Source: Azolla caroliniana
Taxonomy: Eukaryota > Plantae > Polypodiophyta
Assembly (NCBI GenBank): GCA_043228905.1
Contig: JBHGNT010000003.1
Location: 21,638,001 to 21,702,000 of the forward strand
Direction of reading: 5' to 3'
DNA length: 64,000 nucleotides
The notes beneath the pieces are model-generated. The model searched no databases. It was not told the DNA's origin and saw only the letters and a program-made list of their open reading frames with translations. The translations under genes and the position numbers were made by a program. Positions within the stretch are counted from its first letter, which is position 1. Each line of letters opens with the position of its first letter. Of the stretch, positions 44,161-57,117 are shown in pieces.

Positions 44161-47100
44161 ACGTCTACAAGTTCATCCATTCTGGCTCCATCTATGGGTT
44201 GAGCCACTTCATCATCCCTTGGTCTTTGGGCTTGTGGCTCTTGTTTCGCATTGTGAGCTTGCCAGCCAATCTGAGCTGCAACATTTGATCTTGTCTCATT
44301 GTCCCATTGTCGACGCTTATCAAAACGTCCACAAGCTCTCTTCACTACTGCCCAATCAGAAATGAGGCCTTCATCATTCTCTAATAGTAGTCCAAGATCT
44401 CTTCGATCTTTTTCATCTACTGATTTGATAAATAGGAGCACCTTGTTGGAATCGAGAATCATTTGTCAAGTGCAGGCAGACGATCAAATCTTTGCTCGAA
44501 CTCGTGGAGCGTCGCACTCGCACTCAACTCTTTGTTAGAAGACTCCACCCAGTCCATTAAATCTTTCTTCTTCATTCGAGATGAGTCACCAAACCCATAT
44601 TCTTCAAGTAAACTTCGTTCGAAAGATGACCATTCAGGATTGACCTCTTGTAGCTCTAGGACCCAAGAGTAAAGACTTGAAGTTACAATCCTTGAGAAGC
44701 TTGCCACTTGTCTGGCCATAGAAATACCCTTTTTCCGCATTTCTGTTTTGTAGGTTTCAAGGTATCGTGTCACATCTCTACCATCAAAGCATCCGTTGCC
44801 ATCCACGATCCTATCGATGACAACTTCAAGGCCTGCAACGTTGTCTCTCTCCTGAAGCATTTGGTCCATCATCCTCGCCATTGCTTGTGCTAGACTTTCA
44901 TTAGAGTCTCTAGCACTTGAAGTTCCGTTCATCCTCCCTTGTCGTTCTTCACGTCGGGTTCACCAAATTGATGTCGCAGAAATCCACGCCTGCGGGTCGG
45001 TCAAAAGGGACCATTGGGGTCTTTGACCAAGGAGGATGGATCAGATGACTTGTGCTTGTAAGGAATCGACCGTTGTTTAGGTTTACAATCGGGTCGTTCT
45101 TGTTGTCCAAGATGCCTATGTGGGTTGACTGAGAGAGAGAGAGAGAGAGAGAGAATAAAGGGATTGTGAAAATATTTACCGCACCACAAAGATGTCGTGA
45201 AGCACGCGACACATGTGCCAAACGTTGCGATGTGCACGTTACACGTGTGCAGACAAGCATCGGCCTCTATCCGCAAGTGGTGATGGAGGAGCGAAAGGAT
45301 CGTTCAAGACAATGGAATGGCGGAAGGACTAGCACATGTGAGAAGTATTAAAGATAGATTGATAGATAGATATGGACGAGAATTCCAATTCCCGGTTTGA
45401 ACTTTTGACTTTAAAGTTGATGTAGAAAGTAGCGTGCGGAAACAGGTATGAAGACCGAACAGAAGGAAGGAAACTCAGGTTCAATGGAGAGCTTGGGCTT
45501 ACACGGTATACGCAGGAGAGACAGAGAGAGTAGACACAAAAAATATATTCAACAATAATACTCCTGTCTGTACATAAGACGTGCTCAGTGAACACTTTTA
45601 TACAAGTCCTAGAAGGACTGACCGAAGTACTGACAGTACTTCAATGCTCATTAAGAGCTCCTACACTAACTCCCAAATATATTCCTCACGGAATATCTTT
45701 CCTAACGAACTCCCGGTTTACGCACTCAGCCTAACCGATCGGTCCCAACCGATCCGGTCCTCGCTTCTTTAGCCGATCCGGCCGATGTTGAGCTTGTCTC
45801 TCAACACTCCCCCTCAAGCTCAACTTGAGGCTCTTCGGGATCTTCACAGCGCTGGTTCCTCCTGGCTTCTTGCCTTGCTCGCGCTCCTCGACCTGTTCGA
45901 CTACGCGCGCTTCGACCCTTCCGGTCGCTTGTCTACTCATGCGACCTTTATCAGCTCTTCTGTTGTTGCGGTGTTGACGCTTCTCCTGCTGCCTTTTCTT
46001 CTGCTTGGGCCTCGGTTGATTCAGCATATCTGAATCAAAAATCCGAACCGACTCGGCTACCTCCGATCGGTTTTCGCTCTCGTCCGATTTGGCAGTATCC
46101 AACTCGTCTTCGGTCTTCTCGCCCTCGATGGTGTCATCTCCCCCATGCGTGGTTGGCTTCGGCTCTCTCCTTCGGCTGCTCCCCTTTTGTCCTCTTCCGA
46201 ACTTTTCCGCGGGTCCGCCCTCGGCTTCTTCAGCTGATCCGAAGTCGCCCTCGGCTTCTTCAGCAGATCCGAAGTAGTCGAACTCGACAAACGAGTCAAC
46301 CGACTCGGTGGTGTTGCGGTCTCCGCTCCTTTCCTGCTGCCTTGCTTGGTCGTTCGGGACTGCTCTCCCCCTCAAGTTTGGCATGTCGAGGTGATGCAAT
46401 CCGAGCGCACCGGAGAATTGCCGCAACTTGTCCAGACCAAGGGGCTTAGTGAAGATGTCGGTAGTCTGCCGATCCGTCGGAACGTACTGAAGTTTGACTT
46501 CACCGGAAAGGACACGCTCACGGACGAAATGGTAGTGCACCTCAATGTGCTTGGTCCGTGCGTGGAAAATGGGGTTTTTCGCGAGTTGGATGCTGCTGAG
46601 GTTGTCGCAATAGATCATCGTCGGATCTGACACCTCCTCTTGCAGGTCCTTAAGTAGCCGCTTCAACCATATGGCTTCGCATGTCGCGACAGCCGCTCCT
46701 CGGTACTCAGCTCCAGTGCTCAACAGTGCAACTGTCGGCTGCTTCTTACTGCTCCACGCGATCGCGGCACTCCCGAGGGAGAACGCGTATCCAGACGTGG
46801 ATCGCCGATCGGCGGCGTTGCCAGCCCAATCAGCATCGGTGTAGCCAACTAACTGCGCGGCTGCACCGGTCCGATATAGCAGTCCTCGGTCCTTAGTGTC
46901 GTTGACATACCGAAGTATGCGTTGCGCACACTGAAGGTGCTCCTCGGTAGGTCGCGCCATGAACTGACTGATCACCCCGACCGGATAACTGAGGTCTGGT
47001 CAGGTGATGGTCAAGTATATGAGGCTTCCGACAATTTGGCGGAACCTTGTCGAGTCGCATACCTTTCCCGTATCGGGACGAAGCTTGACGGTTCTGTCCA

Positions 47101-50100
47101 GAGGAGTCGCGACAGACTTACAGTCGGCCATCCCGAGCTTGAAGAGCATACTCAGCACGTAATGACATTGGCTGATCAATATGCCTTCGGGGGTACGGAT
47201 CACTTCGATCCCGAGGAAGTAATGAAGGTCCCCCAGATCCTTCATGTCGAACGATGCCGCAAGCTGGAGCTTCACGCGGTTGATTTCACCGAGGTCGGCG
47301 CCGGTGATGACCAAGTCATCAACATATAGTAAAATACTAACCGGTCCGAGTCGACCTTTTCGGATGAACAGGGAAGAGTCCGATTTTGTCGTGATGAAGC
47401 CCATCCGACGTAGTTGTTGCGTGATCTTCGCGTTCCAGGCACGGGGCTTGCTTCAGTCCGTAAAGGGACTTCTTTAGTCGGCATACTGTCGAGGAGTTCG
47501 TTCCAGAGTGAAATCCGGGGGGCTATACCATGTACACATGTTCCTCAAGGTCACCTTGCAGGAACGCATTCTTTACATCCATCTTATGTAAGTGCCACCC
47601 CTTCGCCGCAGCTACTACGAGCAAAACACGGACGGTCGTCATTTTCGCGACCGGCGCAAACGTCTCATCGTAGTCGATGCCGTGTTTCTGCGCGTAGCCC
47701 TTTGCGACTAGCCGAGCCTTGTACCGGTTGACCGAGCCATTGGTGTTGTACTTGACTTTGTACACCCATCTACACCTGATCGGCTTCACACCCTTCGATG
47801 CGTCAACCAGGTCCCAGGTCTCGTTCTCCGCCAATGCGTGCATCTCTTCCTCCATCGCGGCACGCCAATTCGCGTCCTTCGCCGCTTCTGCGTAGCTCTC
47901 CGGCTCACGCACTTCCGCTACACGGGTCATGTACGCATAATGATGCGCCATGTACTCGTTGTATCCGAACCGCAAAACAGGATTCTTCTGGCGGGTAGAT
48001 CGACGTAATCTCACATTAGCCGATGTCGAGGCCTTCTCGGTCGACGCGGTCTTCACCTTTAAAGACCTGTCACCGGTTCCCTCGGAGTCGGACTCGCGTC
48101 GGTTTGACTCGTTCCTATCCTTGCCGGAATCCAACACCTTCTTCTTCCCTTTCTCTTTACGCGTAAGCCGTCTCCTCGGCTTCCTGCGCGGGAAGTGCAC
48201 GGCCGAGTCTCCACTACTCGTCGGTTCTTCATCGGACTGGTCGTACCGAGTCAGTCGTCCAATCGGTCCACTTAACCGGAGTGAAATCGGACTCTCTTCG
48301 TGGGTCTCGATTTCGGGCTCATCCGAAGGAATCTCGGCCTCGCTGACCTTATCGTCAGAGCTCGGATTGGAGTTGGGGTTCGGAGTCGGGGGCTGGTACC
48401 AGGACGCGGACTCGTCAAACACAACGTCGCGGCTGACACGCGCTTGTTTGGTGCGAGGGTTATAGCACTTATAACCCTTCTGCTCGTCCGAGTAACCGAC
48501 CAAAATGCATTTCTCGGCCTTTGAGTCTAGCTTCCTCCTTTTCTCCTTTGGTATATGCACATACGCAATGCTACCGAACACCCTCAAGTGTCGCAAGTTC
48601 GGCTTCGTTCCGAAGTATAGCTCGTGCGCCGACACTTTGTCTCTGATCCAGTTCTGGATGTATACCGCAGTCCTTACCGCCTCGGCCCAATAGAACTTGG
48701 GCAAGCTCTTCTCCTCCAGCATTGCCCGTGCCGCTTCCACAACTGACCGATTCTTCCTCTCGGCCACGCTGTTCTGCTCTGGCGTGTATCTACAACTGAA
48801 TTCGCGCTAAATTACCATTTGTTGTAGATAACCGTTGAATTGACCGGAAAAGTACTCTTTCCCGCCATCTGACCGCAGACACTTGATCTTTCGTCCCGTT
48901 TCCGTTTCCATGAACCCTTTGAGGTCCCGGAAACAGTCGAATACTTCGCTCTTCCTCTCAATGAGGTAGATCCACGTGTGTCGCGTGTGGTCGTCGATGA
49001 AGGAGACGAAATATCGGCTCCCGCCAAGACTAACGTTTTGTGCCGGCCCCCATACATCGGAGTGTATAAGGTCGAGCTTATTCCGGCTCCGATTTCGCTC
49101 GTTGGGGAAGGGAAGTCGGTGTTGCTTCCCGATCTGGCAGGCTTCACAAATTTGTGCCTTTCGGCCACTAAATTTGGGCAATCCGAATACTACCTGTTTC
49201 GATTGCAGATCTTGAAGCCGTTGGTGGTTGACGTGGCCTATCCGCTTGTGCCACAAGTCGATGTCCGACTCGGTCTTTTGTCCCGTCGCGAACATTGCGG
49301 TGCCGCCGTCAATGGAGTCGAAGATGAACATCCTCCCGTCTCTGCGCCCTTGCGCAATCACATGGCCTTCTTCCTCAATGAAGCACCCGAGGTGTGTAAA
49401 CCGAACCTCCATCCCTTGGTCGACGATCTGTCCGACCGAGACCAAGTTTTTCGTGATTGTCGGAACGTGCAGCATGTTCATGAGTTTCCCTTTCTGCCCG
49501 ACATGGCTAAGGGGAACTTCTCCGACATTCGCGATCGGATGCGGAGTGTCGTCTCCTGTTGCGACTACTCTAGGTTGTATCGGTTTTTCAAGGTACAAGA
49601 ACCACTCCTTATGGCTCGTCATGTGGTTTGACGCGCCGGAGTCTACGTACCACACCTCGTCCGATCTCGGGGTGCTCTGTTTCATTGCGTTTGCTTCGTG
49701 TCTCGTCTCGAAGACAGACCCTTCTCCAACTCTCCCGGAGTCTTTGGCGTAGTGCGATTGCTGCCGATTTCCCTTGTGGGTATGTCCGGAGCCGTTTCCG
49801 GAACCGGTTCTCTCCGAATCGGCGCGCTTCTTCCAGCACTCACTTTCCCTGTGGCCTTTCTTACTACAGTACCAGCACTCCGCGATGGCCTTCCCTTCCC
49901 GGTTCTCATCGCTTCGACTCCCCCTGTTTCCGGAGGGTCCGGAGTTGCTGTCGGCATCACTTCGGTGCCTTCTTCCTTGATCTCGTCGGCCGCCTTCATT
50001 GCGCCTCGACTCGCCTCGTCCTCCACGTCCACGGGGCCTATCTCCCTCCATGTACAGCATTCTGTTGTCGGCGTGCGTGCTTGTAGACGCACCCGCGTGA

Positions 50101-50600
50101 TTCTCCTCTACCAGGAGCATCGACTGTAAGTCGAAAAAGGACGGCGTATTCTCCCGGGTACACACAACCGTTCAGAACGCTCCGAACTTCGACGCCAAAC
50201 CTCCGAGACAGATATGGACCATCGCGCTCTCCTCGATGTTCACCTCTATGGAGGCGAGGGAGTCGCAGATATCCTTGATCTTCGAGGTATAGTCCGCCAC
50301 CGACAAATCGCGTTGTCGTAGGTTGCTCAACTCCTGTCGGAGCTGAAGCTTCCTGGTTGTGGTGCTCGCGGCGAAAATCTTCTTCAGATTTTCCCACGCA
50401 CCCTTCGGCGTCTTTGCATCCCGAACATAGCTCAATAGTTGTTCGCCCACACACGACGCGAAGAAGTATAATACCCTGCTCGCCGATTGCTCCCACGACG
50501 GGAAGTCTCTGTGTGTTGATTCGGGTGCCGCGTCATTAGTGTTGGGATTTCGGTCCCTCCGGATGGGATGTCCGGAGATGAATGACGGCAAGCCCGGTTG

Positions 50601-50740
50601 CGGTTACGGTGCCGGATGATGAAGACCCCGGCTACGGTGCCGGATGATGAAGACCCCGGCTATGGAGCCGGATGATGAATACCCCGGCTACGGAGCCGGA
50701 TGCTGAAGACCCCGGTTACGGAGCCGGATGACGAATGTAC
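50601..50740 (+). repeat. 28-bp tandem repeat in the U3 of C4 (also ~55386-55525)
   Basis: CCGGATGATGAAGACCCCGGCTACGGWG units at 50612, 50640, 50668, 50696 and 50724 (partial). Confidence 0.9.
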
Positions 50741-51240
50741 CCGGAGGGAGATCCGGATGCGGGGACATATTTGTGAATATGTTTGCCAAGAGCCCTTGAG
50801 GCTATATTTGTAAATAGCCCGAAAGTCATATGTGTATAAATATGACTTAGGGCAAACAGTTTATGTTGTTGCTCATTTTTTTCTGTTTTCCACTAAGAGG
50901 GAGCGAAGTGAGAGCAGCCGAGAGAGAGTGAGAGAGAAAGAGGAAGGAAGAGGTCGACGCCTCTGTGTAATACCGCCGCCTGTGGCGAGGACAGTGAGCT
51001 CAAGGTCGTCGCCTTGCAGCTCGCCATTGTACATTCCCGCGTATAGTGATAGTTGGAGTCTTGCACTCCCGTGGTTTTTCCCATTTAGGGTTTTCCACGT
51101 AAAACATCCAGTGTACCCTTCTCTCTATTGTTTTCGTGCATTGTTGTATTTCCCGTTTTCTGTGAATCGATCCAGTTCCTCGGTTGTGGCCGAGCACGGA
51201 ATTTCGACAAAGTGGTATCAGAGCGACGGTAACACAGAAA

Positions 51241-54200
51241 ATGGAAGGCGCCGGTAGTGGGCCTCCGGGCATGATGGTGCTGAATGCGCAGAATTACGCC
51301 GACTGGAAGATCAAGATGGAGGATCTTCTGATTGTTCGGGACCTGTACGAACCGATTGACAGGTCGGAAATACCGAAGGGGGTACTTGAGTCGGAGTGGA
51401 AGCTCCTGAACCGGAAAGCCGTAGCGACGATCCGACAATATGTCGATGTAAGCGTTCTACAGCATGTGGCGAACGACACCAACGCATATGAGATGTGGCG
51501 GAAGCTGTCGGGCCTCTATGAGAGGAAGAATGCGTTGAACCGGACCTCCCTGATGAGGAAGATAGTGAACCTCAAGTACCGGGACGGCGAGAGTATGGTG
51601 GAACACGTAAGCACGTTCATGGGATTCGTGAACCAGCTTGCGGCGATCAAGTTCCCGTTGGAGGATGCAATGCAAGCCATCATCCTGATGTGTACATTGC
51701 CGGACAGCTGGGAGAACTTGGTGGTGACTCTCAGCACCTCCTGCACCGAAGATAACTTGTCTCTACAAACGGTAAAGACAAGTATTTTGAACGAAGAAGC
51801 GCGTCGGAGAGATAAAGAACCGGTCTCCGACTCGAAGGCGCTGCTTACCGAATCGGAACGGGGAAGACAGTGGAACCGGAGTCCGCAAAGACGGGAGAAG
51901 TCGGGGACCCGGTCGCAGTCAAGAGGAAGGCCAACATGCTTCCACTGTGGGAAGCCGGGGCACTTCCGGAAGAATTGTCGGCATTACCGAAAGGACAACG
52001 GAGCCGACGACACCGATTCGAAGAAATCACCGGAGAGAAACGGTGCATACCGGGGAGCCATGGACCGGAGAGGTCCGGATCGGCGAGGGCAGGACCGGAA
52101 AGGAACGACGGCACTCGCGGCAAGTGAAGAAGAGATAATGCTTATTACCGAAGAGAGGGAGCTGAACCTTGCCGGTGTAGAGATGACCTGGGTGGTCGAT
52201 TCCGGAGCGTCGTTCCACCTGACCCCGGAGAAGAAATACTTCTCATCCTACACAGCCGGTGAGCACGGCTGTGTCCGGATGGGAAATGAAGGTACGTGCC
52301 GGATAGCCGGCATAGGAGACGTGTGGCTGATGACATCAACCGGATGCAAGATGCTGCTGAAGGATGTGCGACACGTTCCGGAGGTCCGATTGAACCTGAT
52401 CTCGGCCGGGAGGCTAGATGATGAAGGCTACACGGGTAGCATCCGGAACGGTGTCATGAAGTTCAGCAAGGGGAGCCTGATAGTGGCTCGGGCCCGGAAG
52501 GTCAACACACTGTACCTGATGAATTCCCGGCTATGTCTGGAAGAGCTGAATGTGGCAGCCGACACTGCCGGTGAGCTGTGGCACAAAAGACTGTGCCACA
52601 TGAGTGAGAAGGGGATGAAGAGGCTTGCAGAAGACAACCTCATTCCAGTGAAGCATGTGCACCTGGAGAAGTGCACCGACTGCCTGGCCGGTAAGCAAAA
52701 CCGGACCTCCTTCCACTCAAGGCCACCGACGAGACGTAGCGCACCATTGGAGTTGGTGCACACCGATGTGTGTCAGGTAGAAACGAAGTCGCATGGCGGA
52801 GCCCAGTACTTCGTAACATTCATTGATGATCACAGCCGGAAGCTGTGGACGGCACCGTTGAAGACAAAGGACCAAGTATTGTCCGTCTTCAAAGAACTCC
52901 ACGCGAGAGTGGAAAGGGAATCCGGCAAGAAGCTGAAAGCGATACGAGCGGATAACGGAGGGGAATACCGGGGGCAGTTCCAGGAGTACTGTCGCTCGAA
53001 GGGAATCCGGCTCGAGTTTACTGTGCCGAAGACGCCGGAACTAAACGGGTTGGCCGAGAGGATGAACCGGACCATAATGGAGAGGGTCCGGAGTATGCTG
53101 GCGCATGCGAAATTACCCAAGGGGTTTTGGGCTGAGGCAATGTCGACGGCGACATACGTGATAAACAGATCACCCTCAGTACCTTTGGACGGAGACACGC
53201 CGCAGAAAGTGTGGACCGGTAAGGAAGTGTCCTACCGGCATCTGAAGGTGTTCGGGTGTCTCGCATACGTGCATGTGGCAAAGGACCGGAGAGGAAAGCT
53301 AGATCCAAAGACCCGGCCATGCATATTCCTCGGTTACGGCGACGACGAGTTCGGCTACCGAGTATGGGACCCGGTGGACAAGAAGATATTCAGGAGTCGA
53401 GACATCATCTTCATGGAGGACAAGACACTCGCCGACTGGGAGTCGGAGAAGAAGATGAAGAGCTCAAAGTCGACCGGTGAGGATAAACTCTACGTGGAGC
53501 AGTCCCGACCGGCAAGGGACCGGTTAGCACTCGAGGATCCGGCCGAAGACGGTGAAGAAACAGAACCGGCCGAAGAAGATGAAAATGATACCGGAACCGG
53601 CCCCGATCCCGAAATGGATTCGGATGAAGAAGAATCGGAAGAACCGGTTACCGAAGCTCCGGAACGGAGATATCCTCTAAGAGAGAGAAGGGCCCCCCGG
53701 AGATTTCCGGAACCAGAGCACGTGCTGCTAACCGACGAGGGGGAGCCGGAGAGCTTTGAAGAAGCAAAGCATGACACCCAGAGCCGCAGGTGGTTGAGTG
53801 CCATGCAGGACGAGATGGATTCCCTGCATGAGAACCACACATATGAACTTGTGGAGTTGCCGAAAGGAAAGCGGGCACTTCGAAACAAGTGGGTGTTCAA
53901 GCTGAAACCGGGAGATGCCGGAAACCCCCCGAGATACAAAGCCAGGATCGTGGTGAAGGGGTTTCAGCAGAAGAAGGGCGTCGACTTCGACGAGATATTT
54001 GCCCCGGTAGTGAAGATGACCTCCATCCGGACGGTGCTGAGCATAGCGGCAAGCATGGACCTCGAGGTAGAACAGATGGACGTGAAGACGGCATTCCTTC
54101 ACGGTGACCTCGAAGAAGAGATCTACATGCAGCAACCGGAAGGATTCGAGAAGAAAGGGAAGGAGCACCTGGTATGCCGGTTGAAGAAGAGCCTTTACGG

Positions 54201-55314
54201 ACTGAAGCAGGCTCCCCGGCAATGGTACCGGAAGTTCGACTCCTTCATGACCGACGAAGGGTACCACAAAACGCAGTCCGATCACTGCGTGTTTGTGAAG
54301 AAGTTCGAAGGAGGAGACTTTCTAATACTCCTCCTATACGTGGACGACATGTTGATCGTCGGACGGGACCAGGTCAAGATATGGATGCTGAAGAAGGCTC
54401 TTCACCGAACCTTCTCAATGAAGGACCTGGGTCCGGCGAGGCAAATACTAGGGATGCACATCATCCGGGACCGGAAGAAGAAGCAGTTGTGGCTGTCACA
54501 GGAGAAGTACGTGACAAAGGTGCTTCACCGGTTCAACATGTCGGAAGCAAGACCGGTCGGGTCAACCCTCCCGGCAAACTGCAAGTTGTCCAGCAAGCAG
54601 AGCCCCAAGACAAAGGCTGAGAAGGAGGACATGATGAAAGTACCATATGCCTCTGCCGTCGGAAGCTTGATGTACGCAATGGTGTGTACAAGACCGGACA
54701 TAGGATACGCAGTCGGAGTGGTGAGCCGGTACATGAGCAATCCCGGCAAAGACCACTGGAACGCGGTCAAGTGGATACTCCGATACCTGAAGGGCACGGC
54801 AAACGTGTGCCTCCGATTCGGCTCCGGTAAGCCCGAACTCGACGGCTTTACCGATTCGGATATGTCGGCTGATGAAGATACCAGCCGGTCCACATCAGGG
54901 TATGTGATGACGTATGCAGGGGGAGCTGTTTCGTGGCAGTCGAGGCTGCAGAAGACGGTTGCGTTGTCAACCACGGAGGCGGAGTACATGGCGGCTGTTG
55001 AAGCCGGCAAGGAAATAATATGGATGAAGGACTTCATTAGAGAGCTCGGTATCCGGCAAGAGGAGTACCGACTCTACTGCGACAGTCAGAGTGCCATCCA
55101 CCTTGCGAAGAACGCGGCCTATCACTCCCGGACGAAGCACATCCAGCGAAGATATCACTGGATCCGGGAAAGGATAGAAGACCAGGAGTTCATGCTGACG
55201 AAGATCCACACGGAAGAGAACGGGTCAGATATGCTGACCAAAGTGCTCACACCCGACAAGCTGGAAGCGTGCCGGAAGAGGGTCGGATTGGAGAGACATC
55301 CCATGCCGAAGTGA
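51241..55314 (+). CDS. gag-pol: Ty1/Copia polyprotein, uninterrupted
   Basis: CFHCGKPGHFRKNC, WVVDSGASFH, VHTDVC, DVKTAFLHG, YVDDML, TKHIQRRYHW. Confidence 0.97.
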   Translation: MEGAGSGPPGMMVLNAQNYADWKIKMEDLLIVRDLYEPIDRSEIPKGVLESEWKLLNRKAVATIRQYVDVSVLQHVANDTNAYEMWRKLSGLYERKNALNRTSLMRKIVNLKYRDGESMVEHVSTFMGFVNQLAAIKFPLEDAMQAIILMCTLPDSWENLVVTLSTSCTEDNLSLQTVKTSILNEEARRRDKEPVSDSKALLTESERGRQWNRSPQRREKSGTRSQSRGRPTCFHCGKPGHFRKNCRHYRKDNGADDTDSKKSPERNGAYRGAMDRRGPDRRGQDRKGTTALAASEEEIMLITEERELNLAGVEMTWVVDSGASFHLTPEKKYFSSYTAGEHGCVRMGNEGTCRIAGIGDVWLMTSTGCKMLLKDVRHVPEVRLNLISAGRLDDEGYTGSIRNGVMKFSKGSLIVARARKVNTLYLMNSRLCLEELNVAADTAGELWHKRLCHMSEKGMKRLAEDNLIPVKHVHLEKCTDCLAGKQNRTSFHSRPPTRRSAPLELVHTDVCQVETKSHGGAQYFVTFIDDHSRKLWTAPLKTKDQVLSVFKELHARVERESGKKLKAIRADNGGEYRGQFQEYCRSKGIRLEFTVPKTPELNGLAERMNRTIMERVRSMLAHAKLPKGFWAEAMSTATYVINRSPSVPLDGDTPQKVWTGKEVSYRHLKVFGCLAYVHVAKDRRGKLDPKTRPCIFLGYGDDEFGYRVWDPVDKKIFRSRDIIFMEDKTLADWESEKKMKSSKSTGEDKLYVEQSRPARDRLALEDPAEDGEETEPAEEDENDTGTGPDPEMDSDEEESEEPVTEAPERRYPLRERRAPRRFPEPEHVLLTDEGEPESFEEAKHDTQSRRWLSAMQDEMDSLHENHTYELVELPKGKRALRNKWVFKLKPGDAGNPPRYKARIVVKGFQQKKGVDFDEIFAPVVKMTSIRTVLSIAASMDLEVEQMDVKTAFLHGDLEEEIYMQQPEGFEKKGKEHLVCRLKKSLYGLKQAPRQWYRKFDSFMTDEGYHKTQSDHCVFVKKFEGGDFLILLLYVDDMLIVGRDQVKIWMLKKALHRTFSMKDLGPARQILGMHIIRDRKKKQLWLSQEKYVTKVLHRFNMSEARPVGSTLPANCKLSSKQSPKTKAEKEDMMKVPYASAVGSLMYAMVCTRPDIGYAVGVVSRYMSNPGKDHWNAVKWILRYLKGTANVCLRFGSGKPELDGFTDSDMSADEDTSRSTSGYVMTYAGGAVSWQSRLQKTVALSTTEAEYMAAVEAGKEIIWMKDFIRELGIRQEEYRLYCDSQSAIHLAKNAAYHSRTKHIQRRYHWIRERIEDQEFMLTKIHTEENGSDMLTKVLTPDKLEACRKRVGLERHPMPK

Positions 55315-57117
55315 AGGGGGAGTTTGTTGGGATTTCGGTCCCTCCGGATGGGATGTCCGGAGATGAATGACGGCAAGCCCGGTTGCGGTTACGGTGCCGG
55401 ATGATGAAGACCCCGGCTACGGTGCCGGATGATGAAGACCCCGGCTATGGAGCCGGATGATGAATACCCCGGCTACGGAGCCGGATGCTGAAGACCCCGG
55501 TTACGGAGCCGGATGACGAATGTACCCGGAGGGAGATCCGGATGCGGGGACATATTTGTGAATATGTTTGCCAAGAGCCCTTGAGGCTATATTTGTAAAT
55601 AGCCCGAAAGTCATATGTGTATAAATATGACTTAGGGCAAACAGTTTATGTTGTTGCTCATTTTTTTCTGTTTTCCACTAAGAGGGAGCGAAGTGAGAGC
55701 AGCCGAGAGAGAGTGAGAGAGAAAGAGGAAGGAAGAGGTCGACGCCTCTGTGTAATACCGCCGCCTGTGGCGAGGACAGTGAGCTCAAGGTCGTCGCCTT
55801 GCAGCTCGCCATTGTACATTCCCGCGTATAGTGATAGTTGGAGTCTTGCACTCCCGTGGTTTTTCCCATTTAGGGTTTTCCACGTAAAACATCCAGTGTA
55901 CCCTTCTCTCTATTGTTTTCGTGCATTGTTGTATTTCCCGTTTTCTGTGAATCGATCCAGTTCCTCGGTTGTGGCCGAGCACGGAATTTCGACAATTAGC
56001 TCCTTCGACGTAACTCCAGTAACCGTGTCCGAGCAGGTACTGGTGCATCTTGTAGGACCAAGACGCGTAGTTGGTTCTGTCGAGCTTCTCTGATGGAAGC
56101 GAGCTCGCCATGCCTCTATCCATCGTTCTTCTTGTTCTTCTTCGTCAAGCTGTGTCGGCTACAGAGAGGTTCTCAACCCTCGCGCTCTGATACCATGTAG
56201 AAAGTAGCGTGCGGAAGCAGGTATGAAGACCGAACAGAAGGAAGGAAACTCAGGTTCAATGGAGAGCTTGGGCTTACACGGTATACGCAGGAGAGACAGA
56301 GAGAGTAGACACAAAAAATATATTCAACAATAATACTCTTGTCTGTACATAAGACGTGCTCAGTGAACACTTTTATACAAGTCCTAGAAGGACTGACCGA
56401 AGTACTGACAGTACTTCAATGCTCATTAAGAACTCCTACACTAACTCCCAGATATATTCCTCACGGAATATCTTTCCTAACGACCTCCCGGTTTACGCAC
56501 TCGGCCTAACCGATCGGTCCCAACCGATCCGGTCCTCGGCTTCTTCAGCCGATCCGGCCGATGTTGAGCTTGTCTCTCAACAGTTGAGATACAAGACACA
56601 TTGCCAATGAGATAATTAGGATTTATTAATTATTATTCATTGCATACATTACTTGCTTTCCTTTCCCTTCCTCTCCTTCTTATATAGATGCCACCAGGCA
56701 TATGTGCATGTGAGGGTGTAGTACATGCATACAATGCATGATTGCCATTTGGCGCTCATGCATCACATGCAATGCATGATGACCATGTACCTCATCCAAG
56801 CTCTCATGTACCAGCAGTTCGTGTGAAAAGTACAATGAAAAAAACAAGTTTTAAAGGAAATAACCTAATCTAATGGTATGTCAATTTCCTCCTATCTTAG
56901 AGGTGTAAGGTTCAAACCCTTACTTGTACCTCATTGTATGCGTTAGGCTTATTTTATATGTTTGTATAATGAACACCTAAACACACATTACACGTGCACA
57001 TTCATGTGTTAACATACACGTCTAACCATCACTCCTTTCATACATGTGCATATTGCATCTTCTCGATTTCCCTCGTTCCACGCAATTTTCACACTGTTGC
57101 CGAAAATCTTCACGACA

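Larger units (their letters stand above)
50540..55994 (+). mobile_element. Copia C4 (Tnt1/Tto1-like), full-length, TSD ATTAG
   Basis: 670-bp LTRs 50540-51209 and 55325-55994 with no difference seen; PBS 51213-51224; PPT GAAGGGGGAG. Confidence 0.97.
45421..56582 (-). mobile_element. Copia C3, full-length but decayed, TSD GTTGA, interrupted by C4
   Basis: LTRs 45421-45806 and 56196-56582; PBS 56184-56195; PPT 45807-45816; polyprotein in pieces 50172..50534, 48807..50165, 47523..48767, 47000..47404, 45731..46975. Confidence 0.95.
44161..57117 (-). mobile_element. Gypsy D 5' half: LTR 44972-45420 + 56588-57117, Trp PBS 44948-44965, frameshifted gag 44161-44932
   Basis: GCFDGRDVTRYLETY gag; TGTCGC...CACGACA termini; LTR split by Copia C3. 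Confidence 0.88.

Noticed and set aside
50601-50740. CRISPR-like array
   Set aside because: The 28-bp units are contiguous with no unique spacers, lie inside LTRs, and there are no cas genes.
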